Of a stretch of DNA of 64,000 nucleotides, positions 50,401 through 60,845 are shown piece by piece. The notes beneath the pieces are model-generated. The model ran no database searches and was not told where the DNA came from. It saw nothing but the letters and a program-made list of their open reading frames with translations. The DNA comes from Macrostomum lignano (lineage: Eukaryota), in the NCBI GenBank assembly GCA_002269645.1, contig NIVC01001903.1:12546-76545 (forward strand), read 5' to 3'. How positions within the stretch are numbered: the first letter of the stretch is position 1; each line of letters starts with the position of its first letter. Both the position numbers and the translations under genes were made by a program.

Positions 50401-53288
50401 GTCATTATTGATAATATGACCCATGAATTCTACTTTTTGCAGCCGAAACTTGCACTTGTCCTTGTTGAGTCTGACACCCCTGTATTGCAGTGTCTTCAAC
50501 ACTTTATGCAGTTTCTGATCGTGTTCCTCGAGTGACCTTCCCGATATTAGAATATCATCGATGTAAGCAACAACTTCCAGTCCACAGAGAATTTTCTCAA
50601 TCGCTTCTTGGAACTGAGCAGGAGCAGAAGCCAAGCCCATTGTTAGTCGATTGTACTGATACAATCCCAAGTGTGTATTGATGGTCGTAAATTTTCTGCT
50701 GCTTTCTTCCAACTCCAGCTGCAGAAAAGCTTGAGAAATGTCCAGCTTGGAAAAGTACTTCCCACCATTCAAAGTAGCAAACATTTCCTCCTGTCGAGGC
50801 AGTGGATACTTGTCCACTTCCAGCTGTGGATTAATAGTCCTCTTGAAGTCCGCGCAGATCCTGATTGATTTCCCATCTTTCTTCAGCACTGGCACAATGG
50901 GAGAAGCACAATCTGATGAACTCAGCTTTGATATGATCCCTTCGTTGACAAGGTTATTGAGTTCGTCCTCAATAAGCTTCTTCATTGCAAACGGTACAGG
51001 TCTGCTCTTGTGAAACTTCGGACAGTAATCCTCACGAACAATGATCCTTGCTTTCGCGTTGTTGATGAGTCCGAGTCCAGACGAAAACACCTCCGGGTAA
51101 GCCTCAAAGATGGATTTTGGTGAAAAGGTGCTTCCAATTTCAGCCACGTGGACAACCTTCTGCCAATCCAGCTTAAGGATATTCAGCCAGTCCCTTCCTA
51201 GCAAATTCGATCCGTTGCCCTTAACCACCAAAACTTTCAGCTTATGCTGCAGTCCTCCATGAGTGACTTCGACTAGAGCTTCACCGAGCGTCGGAATTGC
51301 ATGGTTCGAGTAACTAAACAGTCGCGTTGACGTCTTGCTCAGCTCCAACCCAATATCCTTGTAGCAATGCTCGTTGATTAGCGTTCTGTCGGCTCCTGTA
51401 TCGATGTTGAACTCAACATTTGTACCTTGCAGCTTGATAACACACCTGTATGGAGAGCTGACAGTTGAAATGTCGCAGTCGCACCAACGAACAGTTTGTA
51501 TTTCGCCACTTGATCCTTCACTATCAGATTCAGAGTCTTCAGCCATTACTGCTCTTGTCTTCTTGCAGAATCCAGGTTTATTTCGTATATGCCTATGTCT
51601 GCTGGCACTTCCGTTTGAGGTCTTCGTTCGGCATGCGCGTTCGTGATGTCCCTGCTTGGAACACTTTGAGCAAACCTTTTCTCGAAATGGACAACTCTTG
51701 GCCCAATGGTCAGTTCCATGGCAACGATAGCATCCACTCTTGGCACTGCGTCCGGCTTTGTCAAACTTTGTACTTCGACTAAGCTTAGGTCGGCTACCTT
51801 TGGACAAGTTGATGGTATGTACAGACGACCCAGCTATAGCAGCGACCCCTCGATCAGCAGTCTCCATAGCTGTTGCTAGAGTCAGAGCTGTATCCAGTGT
51901 GAGCTTGTCCTCTTGGAGCAGCCGCTGTTGAATTAGTTTGTTTCGAATGCCGCAGACGAGTCGATCTCTCAATGCATCATCTAGGAACTTATCGAATTCG
52001 CAGGTTGATGCCAGCTTCCTCAGACCCACTAAGTAATCGCTTACAGTCTCACCTTCATTCTGGTTGCGATGGTAGAAGTTGTATCTCTCCACAATGAGTT
52101 TCTTCTTTGGAGCAAAGTAATCCCGCAGCGCTTTCTGAAGAGTTGCGTACGTTTCGTCCTTGGGCTTCTTAGGAGACACCAGATCTCGAAGCAGCGCGTA
52201 GCAGTCATCACCGATTGCTGTGATCAGTGTAGCCCGCTTTTTGGCCTCGTCTTCAATCTTCTCCAGGATGAACAACTGCTCCAGTCGCTCCTCGTAGGCT
52301 TCCCATTTGTCTGGCTGGTCTGTGGAGAATTCGCTGATTTTCATCCTCGTCGCCATTGTTACGTCTTTGCACAAATCACGTAGTCACTAAGTAAAGCAAC
52401 TTAGAAGTTTAGTCAGCTCAAGGCTCTGGCTTTTACGCCGTGTGTATTTCTCGCACGTTAGCGTCTAACTTAGCGAACTGTCTCTCTTTTAATCCAGCTC
52501 AACTTCAGCTCGCAGGCTTGCCCATAGACATAGTTCGTACTAAAAGGCATACATATCACTACCTTATCCCCCTCCCTGTCTACCTTATCTCCCTCTCTGT
52601 CTACCTTATCCCCCTCCCTGTCTACCTTATCTCCCTCTCTGTCTACCTTATCTCCCTCCCTGTCTACCGTATCTCCCTCTCTGTCTACCTTATCTCCCTC
52701 CCTGTCTACCTTATCTTTCTTCCCATCTACCTCATCCTCTTCCCTGTCTACCTTTCACCCAATCCCTGTCTTCCTTACCTCCTTCCATGTCTACCTTATC
52801 CTCCTTCCTATATCCCTCGTCCACTTTCTGTCTACTTCATCTCCCTGTTTGTCTAACTCGCCCCCTGTCTATCTCATCCATCTATTGTCTTCGCCATTTC
52901 CACCCTGTCTCCCCGCTGAAAACATGTTACTAAAAAGTCGAATTCGTTCACACAATATACAGGAAAGGCAACACACCGCTGCATGAAGCCGTTATGAAGG
53001 GCTACGATGGACAGGCAATTGTAGATCTATTGTTAAAGTGAGTATGAAACTTATTTTCTTTCTTTTTAAACGTTCTTTTTTACAAAAATACTAGCTATCG
53101 TAAAAATGCTTTTAAATTGCAGGCACGGCGCCGATATTAACAAACGGAACGGCAGAAATCAATCGCCGTTGGATTTGGCTAAAAAAGCCAATCTAAACGA
53201 GGCCGTCTCTTCGATGACGTCATCGATTGGGCAGTCCCGGCTTAATCGCATGCTGAAACCGCGAGTCAGCGCCGATAATGATCTATGA
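41465..53288 (+). CDS. DZANK1: Double zinc ribbon and ankyrin repeat protein. Exons 41465-41721, 42053-42474, 43195-43612, 44539-44715, 45144-45462, 46927-47030, 47108-47191, 47749-47876, 52963-53037, 53123-53288
   Basis: [15 protein letters not shown] start; [10 protein letters not shown]; zinc ribbons; [11 protein letters not shown]; [14 protein letters not shown]; NPEFRA..PRM; ankyrin GNTPLHEA; all GT-AG phases fit if exon 2 gains 1 nt near 42351. Confidence 0.92.
41830..41995 (-). mobile_element. tRNA-derived SINE-like fragment in DZANK1 intron 1
   Basis: Minus strand GGTTAGTGCACAGCCG...CTGGGTTCGATTCCGCC (A/B-box spacing). Confidence 0.45.
42590..43030. repeat. 24-bp minisatellite
   Basis: Unit TATCACTCCAGTTTCACTCCATAG. 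Confidence 0.95.
43613..44462. repeat. Compound (GTCT)/(GT) microsatellite beginning at the splice donor
   Basis: Direct reading. Confidence 0.95.
44760..45135. repeat. 21-bp minisatellite filling a DZANK1 intron
   Basis: Unit CACATTGCTAACCCTCACCGA. Confidence 0.9.
45540..46890. repeat. 20/23-bp minisatellite filling a DZANK1 intron
   Basis: Unit GTAACTAGCCTGTT(GCT)GTGTCT. Confidence 0.95.
47290..47640. repeat. 66-bp tandem repeat with ATTGGCT (CCAAT) core; diverged relatives at 53420-53650
   Basis: GTGGGTGTCA recurs every 66 bp; 22-aa repeats in the ORF track. Confidence 0.85.
48289..52356 (-). CDS. Gag-Pol polyprotein (1355 aa from the ATG)
   Basis: Two CCHC knuckles ([28 protein letters not shown]); protease IDTGA; RT YIDD; RNase H TDAS; integrase HHCC and D,D-35-E; C-terminal GPY/F-like region. 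Confidence 0.97.
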   Translation of the reverse strand: MATRMKISEFSTDQPDKWEAYEERLEQLFILEKIEDEAKKRATLITAIGDDCYALLRDLVSPKKPKDETYATLQKALRDYFAPKKKLIVERYNFYHRNQNEGETVSDYLVGLRKLASTCEFDKFLDDALRDRLVCGIRNKLIQQRLLQEDKLTLDTALTLATAMETADRGVAAIAGSSVHTINLSKGSRPKLSRSTKFDKAGRSAKSGCYRCHGTDHWAKSCPFREKVCSKCSKQGHHERACRTKTSNGSASRHRHIRNKPGFCKKTRAVMAEDSESDSEGSSGEIQTVRWCDCDISTVSSPYRCVIKLQGTNVEFNIDTGADRTLINEHCYKDIGLELSKTSTRLFSYSNHAIPTLGEALVEVTHGGLQHKLKVLVVKGNGSNLLGRDWLNILKLDWQKVVHVAEIGSTFSPKSIFEAYPEVFSSGLGLINNAKARIIVREDYCPKFHKSRPVPFAMKKLIEDELNNLVNEGIISKLSSSDCASPIVPVLKKDGKSIRICADFKRTINPQLEVDKYPLPRQEEMFATLNGGKYFSKLDISQAFLQLELEESSRKFTTINTHLGLYQYNRLTMGLASAPAQFQEAIEKILCGLEVVAYIDDILISGRSLEEHDQKLHKVLKTLQYRGVRLNKDKCKFRLQKVEFMGHIINNDGLHPSPDKVIAVRNAPNPTSVSEVRSLVGLINYYGKFIPNSSTVLAPLNRLLRNDVTFSWSSQCQAALDSVKSILTSDRLLVHFDPKKPIILHTDASKYGLGCVLSHTMPGGAELPISYASRTLSPAEQNYSQLEKEALSIIFGIKKFHQYLFGNKFILVTDHKPLITIFGEKKDIPSIAASRLQRWAVLLSAHQYEIRFRKTEDHGNADALSRLPLPSSTSRVDKVMERRLQELSITAVEIRRETARDPILSKVIRFCQNGWPEKCEFEFEIYRQKGNELCLEQGVIFWGIRAIIPSSLQHQVLDLLHEGHPGIVSMKLIARLHVWFPGIDQQIERAVKQCKGCELQRSKPPESAVHPLSWPEKPWTRLQADFFGPCFGFNWLVIVDATSKWVEVFPMKVASAANTIQRFRETFARFGIPRQILTDNGSQFASQEFAEFTKRNNIHHIFSAVGHPRTNGLSERMVQTAKNAIRAGMKSHGDAMLSLHNFLFRYRSTPHSTTGKSPAEMMLAYARRTRLDFLKPDTYGRVLDSQSKQMMRREHIPHREFQAGDIVLALDFRREKENKWAQAKVLKQTGPLSYHVEVNGQIWKRHVDHLIKSETEVVPQPQCDFDTELTQAHNAKNSYKLKKDAKEEAESTGPNLEHHGQTGKSSRAIDKTRKLAASSSFDIKPKDGQDVKQHPNQRVLRDRSKLKKPDFFVAN
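52342..52355 (-). promoter_or_regulatory. Primer-binding site, tRNA-Ser(GCT)-like
   Basis: TGGCGACGAGGATG, 1 nt after the LTR CA; complementary to the recalled Ser(GCT) 3' end CATCCTCGTCGCCA. Confidence 0.8.
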
Positions 53289-55214
53289 TTTAATTGCTGT
53301 ATTTCCAGCTCAGTCCGTCCATTTTTGGGCTAATTTTTATAAAAATTTCAACGCGTTGCTTACGGTTGATTTTAGCGGTTGTTACATTGATATGACGTCA
53401 CTCGAAGCTCTTCTATATTTGCTGACCTCGGAGTGAGGTGGATGTCAAGAATAGTCACAGAGGGGTAAGAAGTCACGATTCTCCTATTGGCTGAGCGATG
53501 GAGGTGGGTGTCAAGAATAGTCACAGAAGGGGTAAGAAGTCACGACTCTATCGTTGGCTGGGGGATGGAGTGGGGTGGGTGTCAAGAATATTTATAAAGG
53601 GGTAGGACGTTACGACTCTCCCATTGGCTGTGGATGGATTGAGGTGGGTGTTAATTTTTTGTATAATATCAGTTAAGTTTGCATCTTAAAGAGAAATTAT
53701 TTGGATGAGAACCATCTCAATTATTGTCATTGTCCTACTGCCACTGCACACTATATATTATAATTTGTCTTCTGTGTGTCTGTGCGTCCTTGTCTTAGTT
53801 TATTTAAACTTGTTTCTCTCGTACTTATTGGCTGTGCTGAAATAAATGTTTATATGTTATTATCTCATATTGCGCATGACCTCCGTGCATTGTAGTTCAC
53901 TATCCAGTGTACTTCTTTATACCACAAAAGAATGTCAGGCGAGGCAACATCAAAAGCGAAGTCTTCGTTGCCAAACTTCAACTAAACGCCCGTCCGCGCA
54001 CTTTAACTTTCTAGCGTAGGTTTTGTTAAAGTGATTTGTTGTTATTCGAATTTTTTTCACACTTTAGTAAATCATTGTTTTACCTGATTTCTTGCTTGCT
54101 TAATTGGCAAAATTCATCACTTTTATTGAACTTCTTTTGGTAGTTCTCTTGAATTTATTTTGATATTCTTTGTTTTACTGTGTTTAAAGAATACTCGTAT
54201 AGTGTTTGATGTTTGAATAAAACAGTTAATCATACGTAAAGAGACGGCATGCATCTGCAGTTTTCAATGCTAAATTATATTAAAATGAGAATCTTACGAA
54301 GCGTTTATTGTTTATATTTTTTCCTTTTACGATTGAATTACCTTTTAACTGGCACTTTTGCTTCAAAAGGTAGAAACAACTGCAGAGTAATAATAATTAA
54401 ATATAATTAAATATAAAAAGCATTTGACCATAAATTTGGGGGTTGTGCTTTTGACTGGGCGCCAAACGGGTCATATAAGTTAGATTAGATAGCCAAATCA
54501 AGATGTGACAAACTACACTGTAACTGTAATCAAGCTTTTGGAATTATCCATTCGATCTTCAAGTTCAATTAGCTATAAGTGTATAGCATTCTAATTTTAA
54601 CAATGTCTACAGTTCGAATACTCTTGTTTGGTAGTGTACTAGCGAAGTTTTCTTTATTGAGAGTGGGACTTAATAAGCTTTTGTTTATAATATAAATATA
54701 TAGATAACACGACTCGTTTAATTAACAAAGCAGTGAATGTTTAGTCAGTGTGTCATTTACATACATGTATATATGTTTACTGCTAATCATCAAAGAATAG
54801 GATGTGAATCCCATCCGGAGCTACAGATATTGAAAAAAGCAGTTAATTGATGGGCCACTCGCCTATATTTGATGTTAAGCTACTTTTGATTGAGCTTTTG
54901 CATGGGTTTATTATTGGTCGGAATTTGTATCGTTTTATACTGTATACAATTACGTAGACTTAACTGTGGCTGGGCTATGTAAGACCCAAGGGGGGGGGGT
55001 GGAAAATTCGTTTCAAGGTCCCCTTTTGATTTTTTCTGCTCTCCACCTAAAAGGGGGGAGGCGACCAAACTCAAAAGTATGCCTTTATTTTTTTCCAAAA
55101 AATCTGCTATTCAGCTTTCTGAGCAAAAAACTATTATAAGTTAGATTGCCAAAAATTATGACAAAGTTCACTTTACAAAAATGTAGCGAGCGGCCCCATT
55201 CAGTGTCTAATAAT

Positions 55215-55262
55215 GGGAGCCCGAGAATTTCACGGGAGAGAATTTTCCGTCGAGATTCATTG
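55215..55262 (+). mobile_element. Short remnant of the foldback-element terminus
   Basis: GGGAGCCCGAGAATTTC matches the 36427 terminus (GGGAGCACGAGAATTTC on the minus strand). Confidence 0.5.
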
Positions 55263-55456
55263 CCTGAATATCTTCTAAACATGCAAACCTAGCCATTCAC
55301 TCACTGACTAATAGCTCTAATTGCAGCCAGATCCAAGCTGCAGTCATAGGGGGAGCTTACTGTCGGCGTCTCTGCTGGTAGCGCCCCAACTATAGCTGGC
55401 GCCCCTGGAATTCCCGCTGGAATTCCCATGAAATTCCCATGAACCCCATTCTAACA

Positions 55457-56082
55457 TCAGAACGGATTAATCCTCGCCCCGGTCATGCTAGGCGAGAAGG
55501 CGTTCACCTTCGCCCACATCGTCGCGTCGTTGTAACCAATAGCGCTCCGTCCGTCCTCCAGATGAAAGGCCGGGCCGCGGATTCGTCGATCGTCGAAGAA
55601 GCAAACTTCGCAGTCCGAATGGTACGGCAGTGCCGAGCCAGCAGCGACGTCCTCGCCAAACTCCTGGCCGATGACGCCGCCGCTGCCATCTCCGCCGATT
55701 CGGTGCACCAGGGCCGTCCAGATCGATCGAATCTCCTCTGGCAGACGTCGAGCATCTGGCGAACCTCCTACGGCTGTTGAAGCCGCGGGGCCGGTCGCCT
55801 GCTGCAAGCCTCTGGTCACGAGCTTCCAGGCGTGCAGCTCCTTGTCAAGTTGGCCACCCGTGAGCTGCCGGCCGAATGCCTGCTGCATGGCCGGCCTGTG
55901 CCGCTCGTAGTGCAGGCGAGCCAGCCGGAACAGCGGCGCCACTACGGGGCTGTAGCCGCTACGGATGGCTTTGAGAGCACCAAGGTAGGTGGTCAGGAAT
56001 AGTAGCTGGTTCTTCTCTTCCACTGCGGAAGCTTGCTGAAGCTTGCCTGGGGTTGGTGGGAATGGACACTCAGTTGTGTATA

Positions 56083-56138
<56 letters not shown>

Positions 56139-56161
56139 ATAGTTAGTTAGTTAGTTAGTTG

Positions 56162-56192
<31 letters not shown>

Positions 56193-56193
56193 G

Positions 56194-56273
<80 letters not shown>

Positions 56274-56297
56274 GTTTGTTTGTTTGTTTGTTTGTTT

Positions 56298-56340
<43 letters not shown>

Positions 56341-59300
56341 GGTTAGTTAGTTAGTTAGTTGGTTAGTTAGTTAGTTAGTTAGTTACATCCAAAATAACCA
56401 AAACTCACCGGTCCTGATGTTGCTCATCAGAGCTACTAGACCTTCAACAGACTTCAGCGTCCATGGCGAATCCCTATTGGCGATGATCTTGCGCACCGCG
56501 GCCAGACCGAACTCTAGCCCGGCTAGAGGATTCGACGACATCAAATAGTAGCCCACGGCTTCTAGCAGTCGTTTTGGACGCTCCTTCGCCACAGCGGTAA
56601 TTGAAGCCTCCTTCAGCTCCGAGGCTAGTCGATCCGCCGACACCTGACAGGCGTCACGGTCTGGCAAGCCAAGCCGACGGTGCAGCGCGTCGATGTCGCT
56701 AGCTGACGCCGAGAATCGACAGGCAAACCGGACCAGAAGGTCGTTCTGACCGCCGCCGCCGCCGTTGTGCAGTTGCGCCAAGTTTGCTGCCAGCTCTGCC
56801 CGCCTGCGCAGGTCCAGGCCAGTCATGCGGTCCAACCGCAGGAGGCACAGCTCCGCAGTCAGGTCAGTCAACTTTCGATAATCTTCGTCTTTTTCTTTCT
56901 TATCTACGTCGCCTCCTTTTTGTCGGCGACGTCGCTCCTCCTGTACGGCGAGCCACAGAGCCAAGTCCAGCTCGTTGGCTCGCACCAGCTTGGCCAAGGC
57001 GGCCGTCGCCTGCCCGCAGGCCAAGTGGCAGCAGGCGGAGTCCACTGGCTGTCCGCGCCGGTACAGTGACTCAGCCAGTGTTGTCCAAGCCTCATTGTCC
57101 GGCTTGCCGGAGTTCATGGGCCAGTCCCGGCGATGGTTTGAGTCGTCATTCGTCGGAGCTCCGCCGCTGAATAGGCCTTCGCAGTCGGCTTGGGCCACCA
57201 GTAACGCCTCGGGGAATTTGCCGTGACTGTTCAACAGCCGGACCGCACGGTCGGCGTCTCCCGTGGCTACGGCAAAAGCCACCAGATCGTCCAGTTCAAG
57301 CGTTGAGGCGTTGACGCCGCCACCAGAGGCAGCCGCCGCATACTGCCGGCTCATCTGGCGCCAGAAATCGGCGCCAACTCCCGGCGCCAGCGCCAGAGCG
57401 CGCTCCCAGCGACCCAACTCGGCCTGCAGCTGGCAGTAGCGGCGCAGATTGCCGCAGCGAAGATGCGCGGCGGCCGCCTCGGCCAGCTGACGTCGCCGGC
57501 TCGACGACATCGAGACAGACGCCGACGCCGAGGCTGACGCCGACGACGCTGAAGCCTCCAGTCGCTGCGCCCGACCGGTTGCGAATTTCAACAGGTCGCG
57601 AGCAGCCACGTGACCACCTGGCCGTCCGTAGGAGTCGCCGAGAGCAGCCGACGGTTCGCCTCTCATCGCTACCCGGTACAGGTCGCGCAGGTCGACAGCC
57701 GCCGGGCTGGCATGCAGGAACAACGGCAGCTGGTTGTCGCCGACGTCTCCTCCGCGCTGCAGCCGGCGCGACTCGGCGCCAGACAGCGCCACCAGGCCGG
57801 GCTGCTTGAGAACGGCTTCGGCCGGGGCGAAGCAGGCGTCGGCGAGGCCGCGGAACAGCAGGCAGGCGGGCAGCGGGCCGGCGAGCTCAGTCAGGGACCA
57901 GAGACGCAGGGTTGAGTCCCGCGAGCACGAGGCCAGCAGCATCGGCCGGTGAGGGTGCAGCGCGAGGCCGTAGACGTCGGCTCGATGGTCGGCAACGGCG
58001 GCCAGACAGGAGCCGTCGCGGATGTCCCAGCAGTGAATTTGGCAGTCCCAGCTACCTGACAGCAGCAGGTGCGCCAGCTCCGTGTGCCAGGCGAGTCCCC
58101 GCACCGGCCCGGTGTGGCCCTTTAGATGGGCGACGCTCTTCTCGCCGGTGCAGTCCCAGACTCGAATTGTGCCGTCGTCCGAGCCGCTGCACAGGTAGCT
58201 GTCACGGAGCGGCGACCAGCGAACGCCGAACACTTTGCTGGAGTGTCCGGTGAACAGGCGGCTCGGTCGGTCGCCGCCCGCCCCGGCCAGATAGTAGACC
58301 CGGACAGCTTTGTCCTCGCAGGCCGTGGCCAGGATGTCCCGCGTCTGCTGATGCCAGGCAACGCCGAACACCGGCGCCGGATGGTCGAGACGCCTCGGCG
58401 GCAGCTGGCCGTCCTTGTCGTCGAGGCAGCGGACGACGCAGCTGCAGTCGGCCGAGGCGGAGGCCAGCTGGTGCGGCGATCGGCTGTTCCAGCTGACGCA
58501 GTAGACGGCCTCAGCTCCGTGCTCGTCGCATCGGCGTGGCTCCATGACCCCGGCGACGGTGTCGTAGACAAAAATGCCGTTCTTCGCCGTAGCGCCCGCG
58601 ATTCGTCTGCCATCAGCGCTCCAGGCGATGCTGTAGACGATGCCTTCGTTACCTGGCGAGCTCTGCACCGGAGCAAAGCCGCTGAGGCAGCAGCCGCCAC
58701 CGGCGCCCGGCCCGGAGCCGAGGCGCCAGAGCTTCACGGTGCCATCGAAGCTGCCCGTAGCCAGCAGGTTCTCGTCGCGTGGGCTGAACTGGCAGTCGAA
58801 AACGGTCTCCACGTGGCCCATCTCGCGCAGGAAGTGCCAGTCCCGACGGCGGAGGTCAAATAAGCCGACGCCGCCGTCGAGAAAAGTGCACAGCAGCAGA
58901 CAGTCAGGCAGGGGATGCCCGCCAGAGGTCGCTGGTGGTGCAGCTTCGGCTGGCGGCGCATCCTCGGCCGCTGTTGGCGGTGGCGCTTTCACAACTCGAA
59001 GATTTCGAAATCCGGCCCGTTTTAAACGGAACGTCTCCAACGCGGACGCCTTGGAAACGGTGTAGACTCGGAGCACCCCAGCCGAGGAGTCTCCGGCCGC
59101 GAACATACCGGGGGCGTCGGGCAGCCAGGCGAGGCTCGAGGAGGCCGCTGGATTGGCCAACTGCTGGAAGGCGGCCACGGTGGTCTGGGCGTCGACGTCG
59201 ACTAGTCGAAGTCCGACGCAGCGTGAATCCAGCAACAGGTAGCTCTGCGACAGGCCGTCCCACTCCATGCCCAGCACCGCGTCGTCCGCCTCCTCGTCGT

Positions 59301-60024
59301 AGTCGTCTTCGCACTCCAGAAAGGTGACCCGACGCAGGCTCTTCCTGCCAGGCCGGAGCACGCTCAGAGTGCCGTCCTCGTGGCCCAGCGCTACCAGACC
59401 CGCCGTGGCCGCGCAGCAACTCGGATGCCATCGATAGACGGTCACCTGGACTGCCAGAGCCTGCGTCTCCTTGTGCACCGTCGGGGCCGGAGTCGTCGTC
59501 GTAGCTGTCATCGTCGTTGAAAACGACGTCGTCCCGCCGACAGTTGATCCGGCCGAAGCGGCGGCGGCGGCGGCGGCCGACGGGCACTCGCCGGCGTAAT
59601 TCCACAGCAGCAGGGGGCCGCAGCCGTCCAAGAAGCTGACGGTGCCGTGACTGTACGGCAGAAAGGCCAGGCAGCGCGGCTGCATCTGCGGCGGCAGCTC
59701 CGGCTTGGAGATCTGCGCCACCGCCGTTTGTCGACGGACGTTCCACACTAGCAGCATGGGATCGGCGCTCGCCGAAGCGAACAGATCGGAGTCGGTGGGG
59801 TGCCAAGCCAGCGAGGTGATGGTTTTCCGGTGCCTCGACATCACCGCCACGAGTTGGTGCGGCCCGTCGGTTGAACAAGCGCCGCCGGACTTCTCGTAGA
59901 CGTAGACGGCGAGGGTGGCGGCAAAGGCGAACCGGCTGGCGTCCGGAGAGCAGGCCAGAGTGTCCGAGTTCCAGGGCTGGCAGCCGGCCTCGAGCAGGGC
60001 GAGCTGGCGCACCTGGCAGGGCAT
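55457..60024 (-). CDS. WDR17: WD repeat-containing protein 17. Two exons, 60024-56409 and 56046-55457 (about 1401 aa)
   Basis: QVRQLALLEAGCQPWN start; HRKTITSLAWHP; GHVETVFDCQF; C-terminus LEDGRSAIGYNDATMWAKVNAFSP..GARINPF*; phase-1 GT-AG intron. In-frame upstream ATG at 60048 is an alternative start. Confidence 0.93.
56083..56384. repeat. (TTAG)n/(TTTG)n microsatellite filling the WDR17 intron
   Basis: Direct reading. Confidence 0.95.
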
Positions 60025-60845
60025 GGCATAGGGGAACACGCTGTGCATCCTAGTGACCTGGTGCAACGAGCGGCGACTGAGCGAGAGCTGAGAGAGACTG
60101 AATAAATCCAGCTCGCCTTTTTAGTTCGGGGCCTTGCTCTAGCTTCCCCCCCGCCAAGGGAGGGAGGCGGTAGGTGGACGAAAGCTCATCTTTCTCAAAT
60201 CCTGTCCAAGGCCAATCAAAGCCTCGAAAATTCGAGGCTGGCGGGGAGGGAAAGAGCGAGAGTTGGAAGGCCGGGACAGGGACTTATCGAACAGATTAAT
60301 CAAGAAGAGACAGACGGACAGGCGAGGGATATGCGGGCGGACAGGGCGGGATGGGAGGATTGGCCGTTGCTAGGGGCAACGCAGGCTTTTAGAGATAGGA
60401 ATACCCGAGAACTGTGGAGCTAAGACCCGAGAGTAAGTTTTGGAGGAAGGGTTGGTTCGAATTGAGCAAACTCAATTAGTCCTCTCGAATGACCGAATGT
60501 TTATCTGATTTTTAACTCCGGCCGGGTTGCAACCGCACGCTTGTTGCTTGTCGCCATAGCGACGGCATTTTCTACCCAAACCTGTCGCTCTCAACATGCA
60601 GGTTCCTGTTTGTAGCACTTGTATCCGGGACTAGTTCTATCGATTTTCATTCTGCCGTGGAATAAGTGTGCTTCAAATCCTGTTCAGATCCCGCACTGCC
60701 ACGCTCTCAGTCCTCTCATCCTGTTGCTCAATTTGCGCGCGAATCGCATCGAGGCTCAAGGCTTAAGCCGCTGAATTTGCTGCCTCAATGGAGCTTTGAA
60801 ATTTCTAATCCGTATATGAACACGAATGCATGTATTTCTCATTTC

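Larger units (their letters stand above)
48037..52558 (-). mobile_element. Intact, very young Ty3/Gypsy (Mag-like) LTR retrotransposon, 4522 bp, antisense in a DZANK1 intron
   Basis: 202-bp LTRs 48037-48238 and 52357-52558 differ at 1 nt; TSD CTACC; PBS; PPT AAAGAAAAGGAGGAA (48239-48253); single gag-pol ORF. Confidence 0.97.
47970..52800. repeat. 21-bp pyrimidine-rich minisatellite (47970-48036 and 52559-52800) split by the Mag-type Gypsy element
   Basis: Unit CTACCTYATCTCCCTCCCTGT on both flanks of the element. Confidence 0.85.

Noticed and set aside
56083-56384. (TTAG)n as an interstitial telomere
   Set aside because: The unit is TTAG, not TTAGGG or TTAGG, and it fills an ordinary GT-AG intron
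57579-59878. Numerous overlapping or antisense ORFs up to 324 aa
   Set aside because: Shadow ORFs of the GC-rich WDR17 exon, with no recognisable domains
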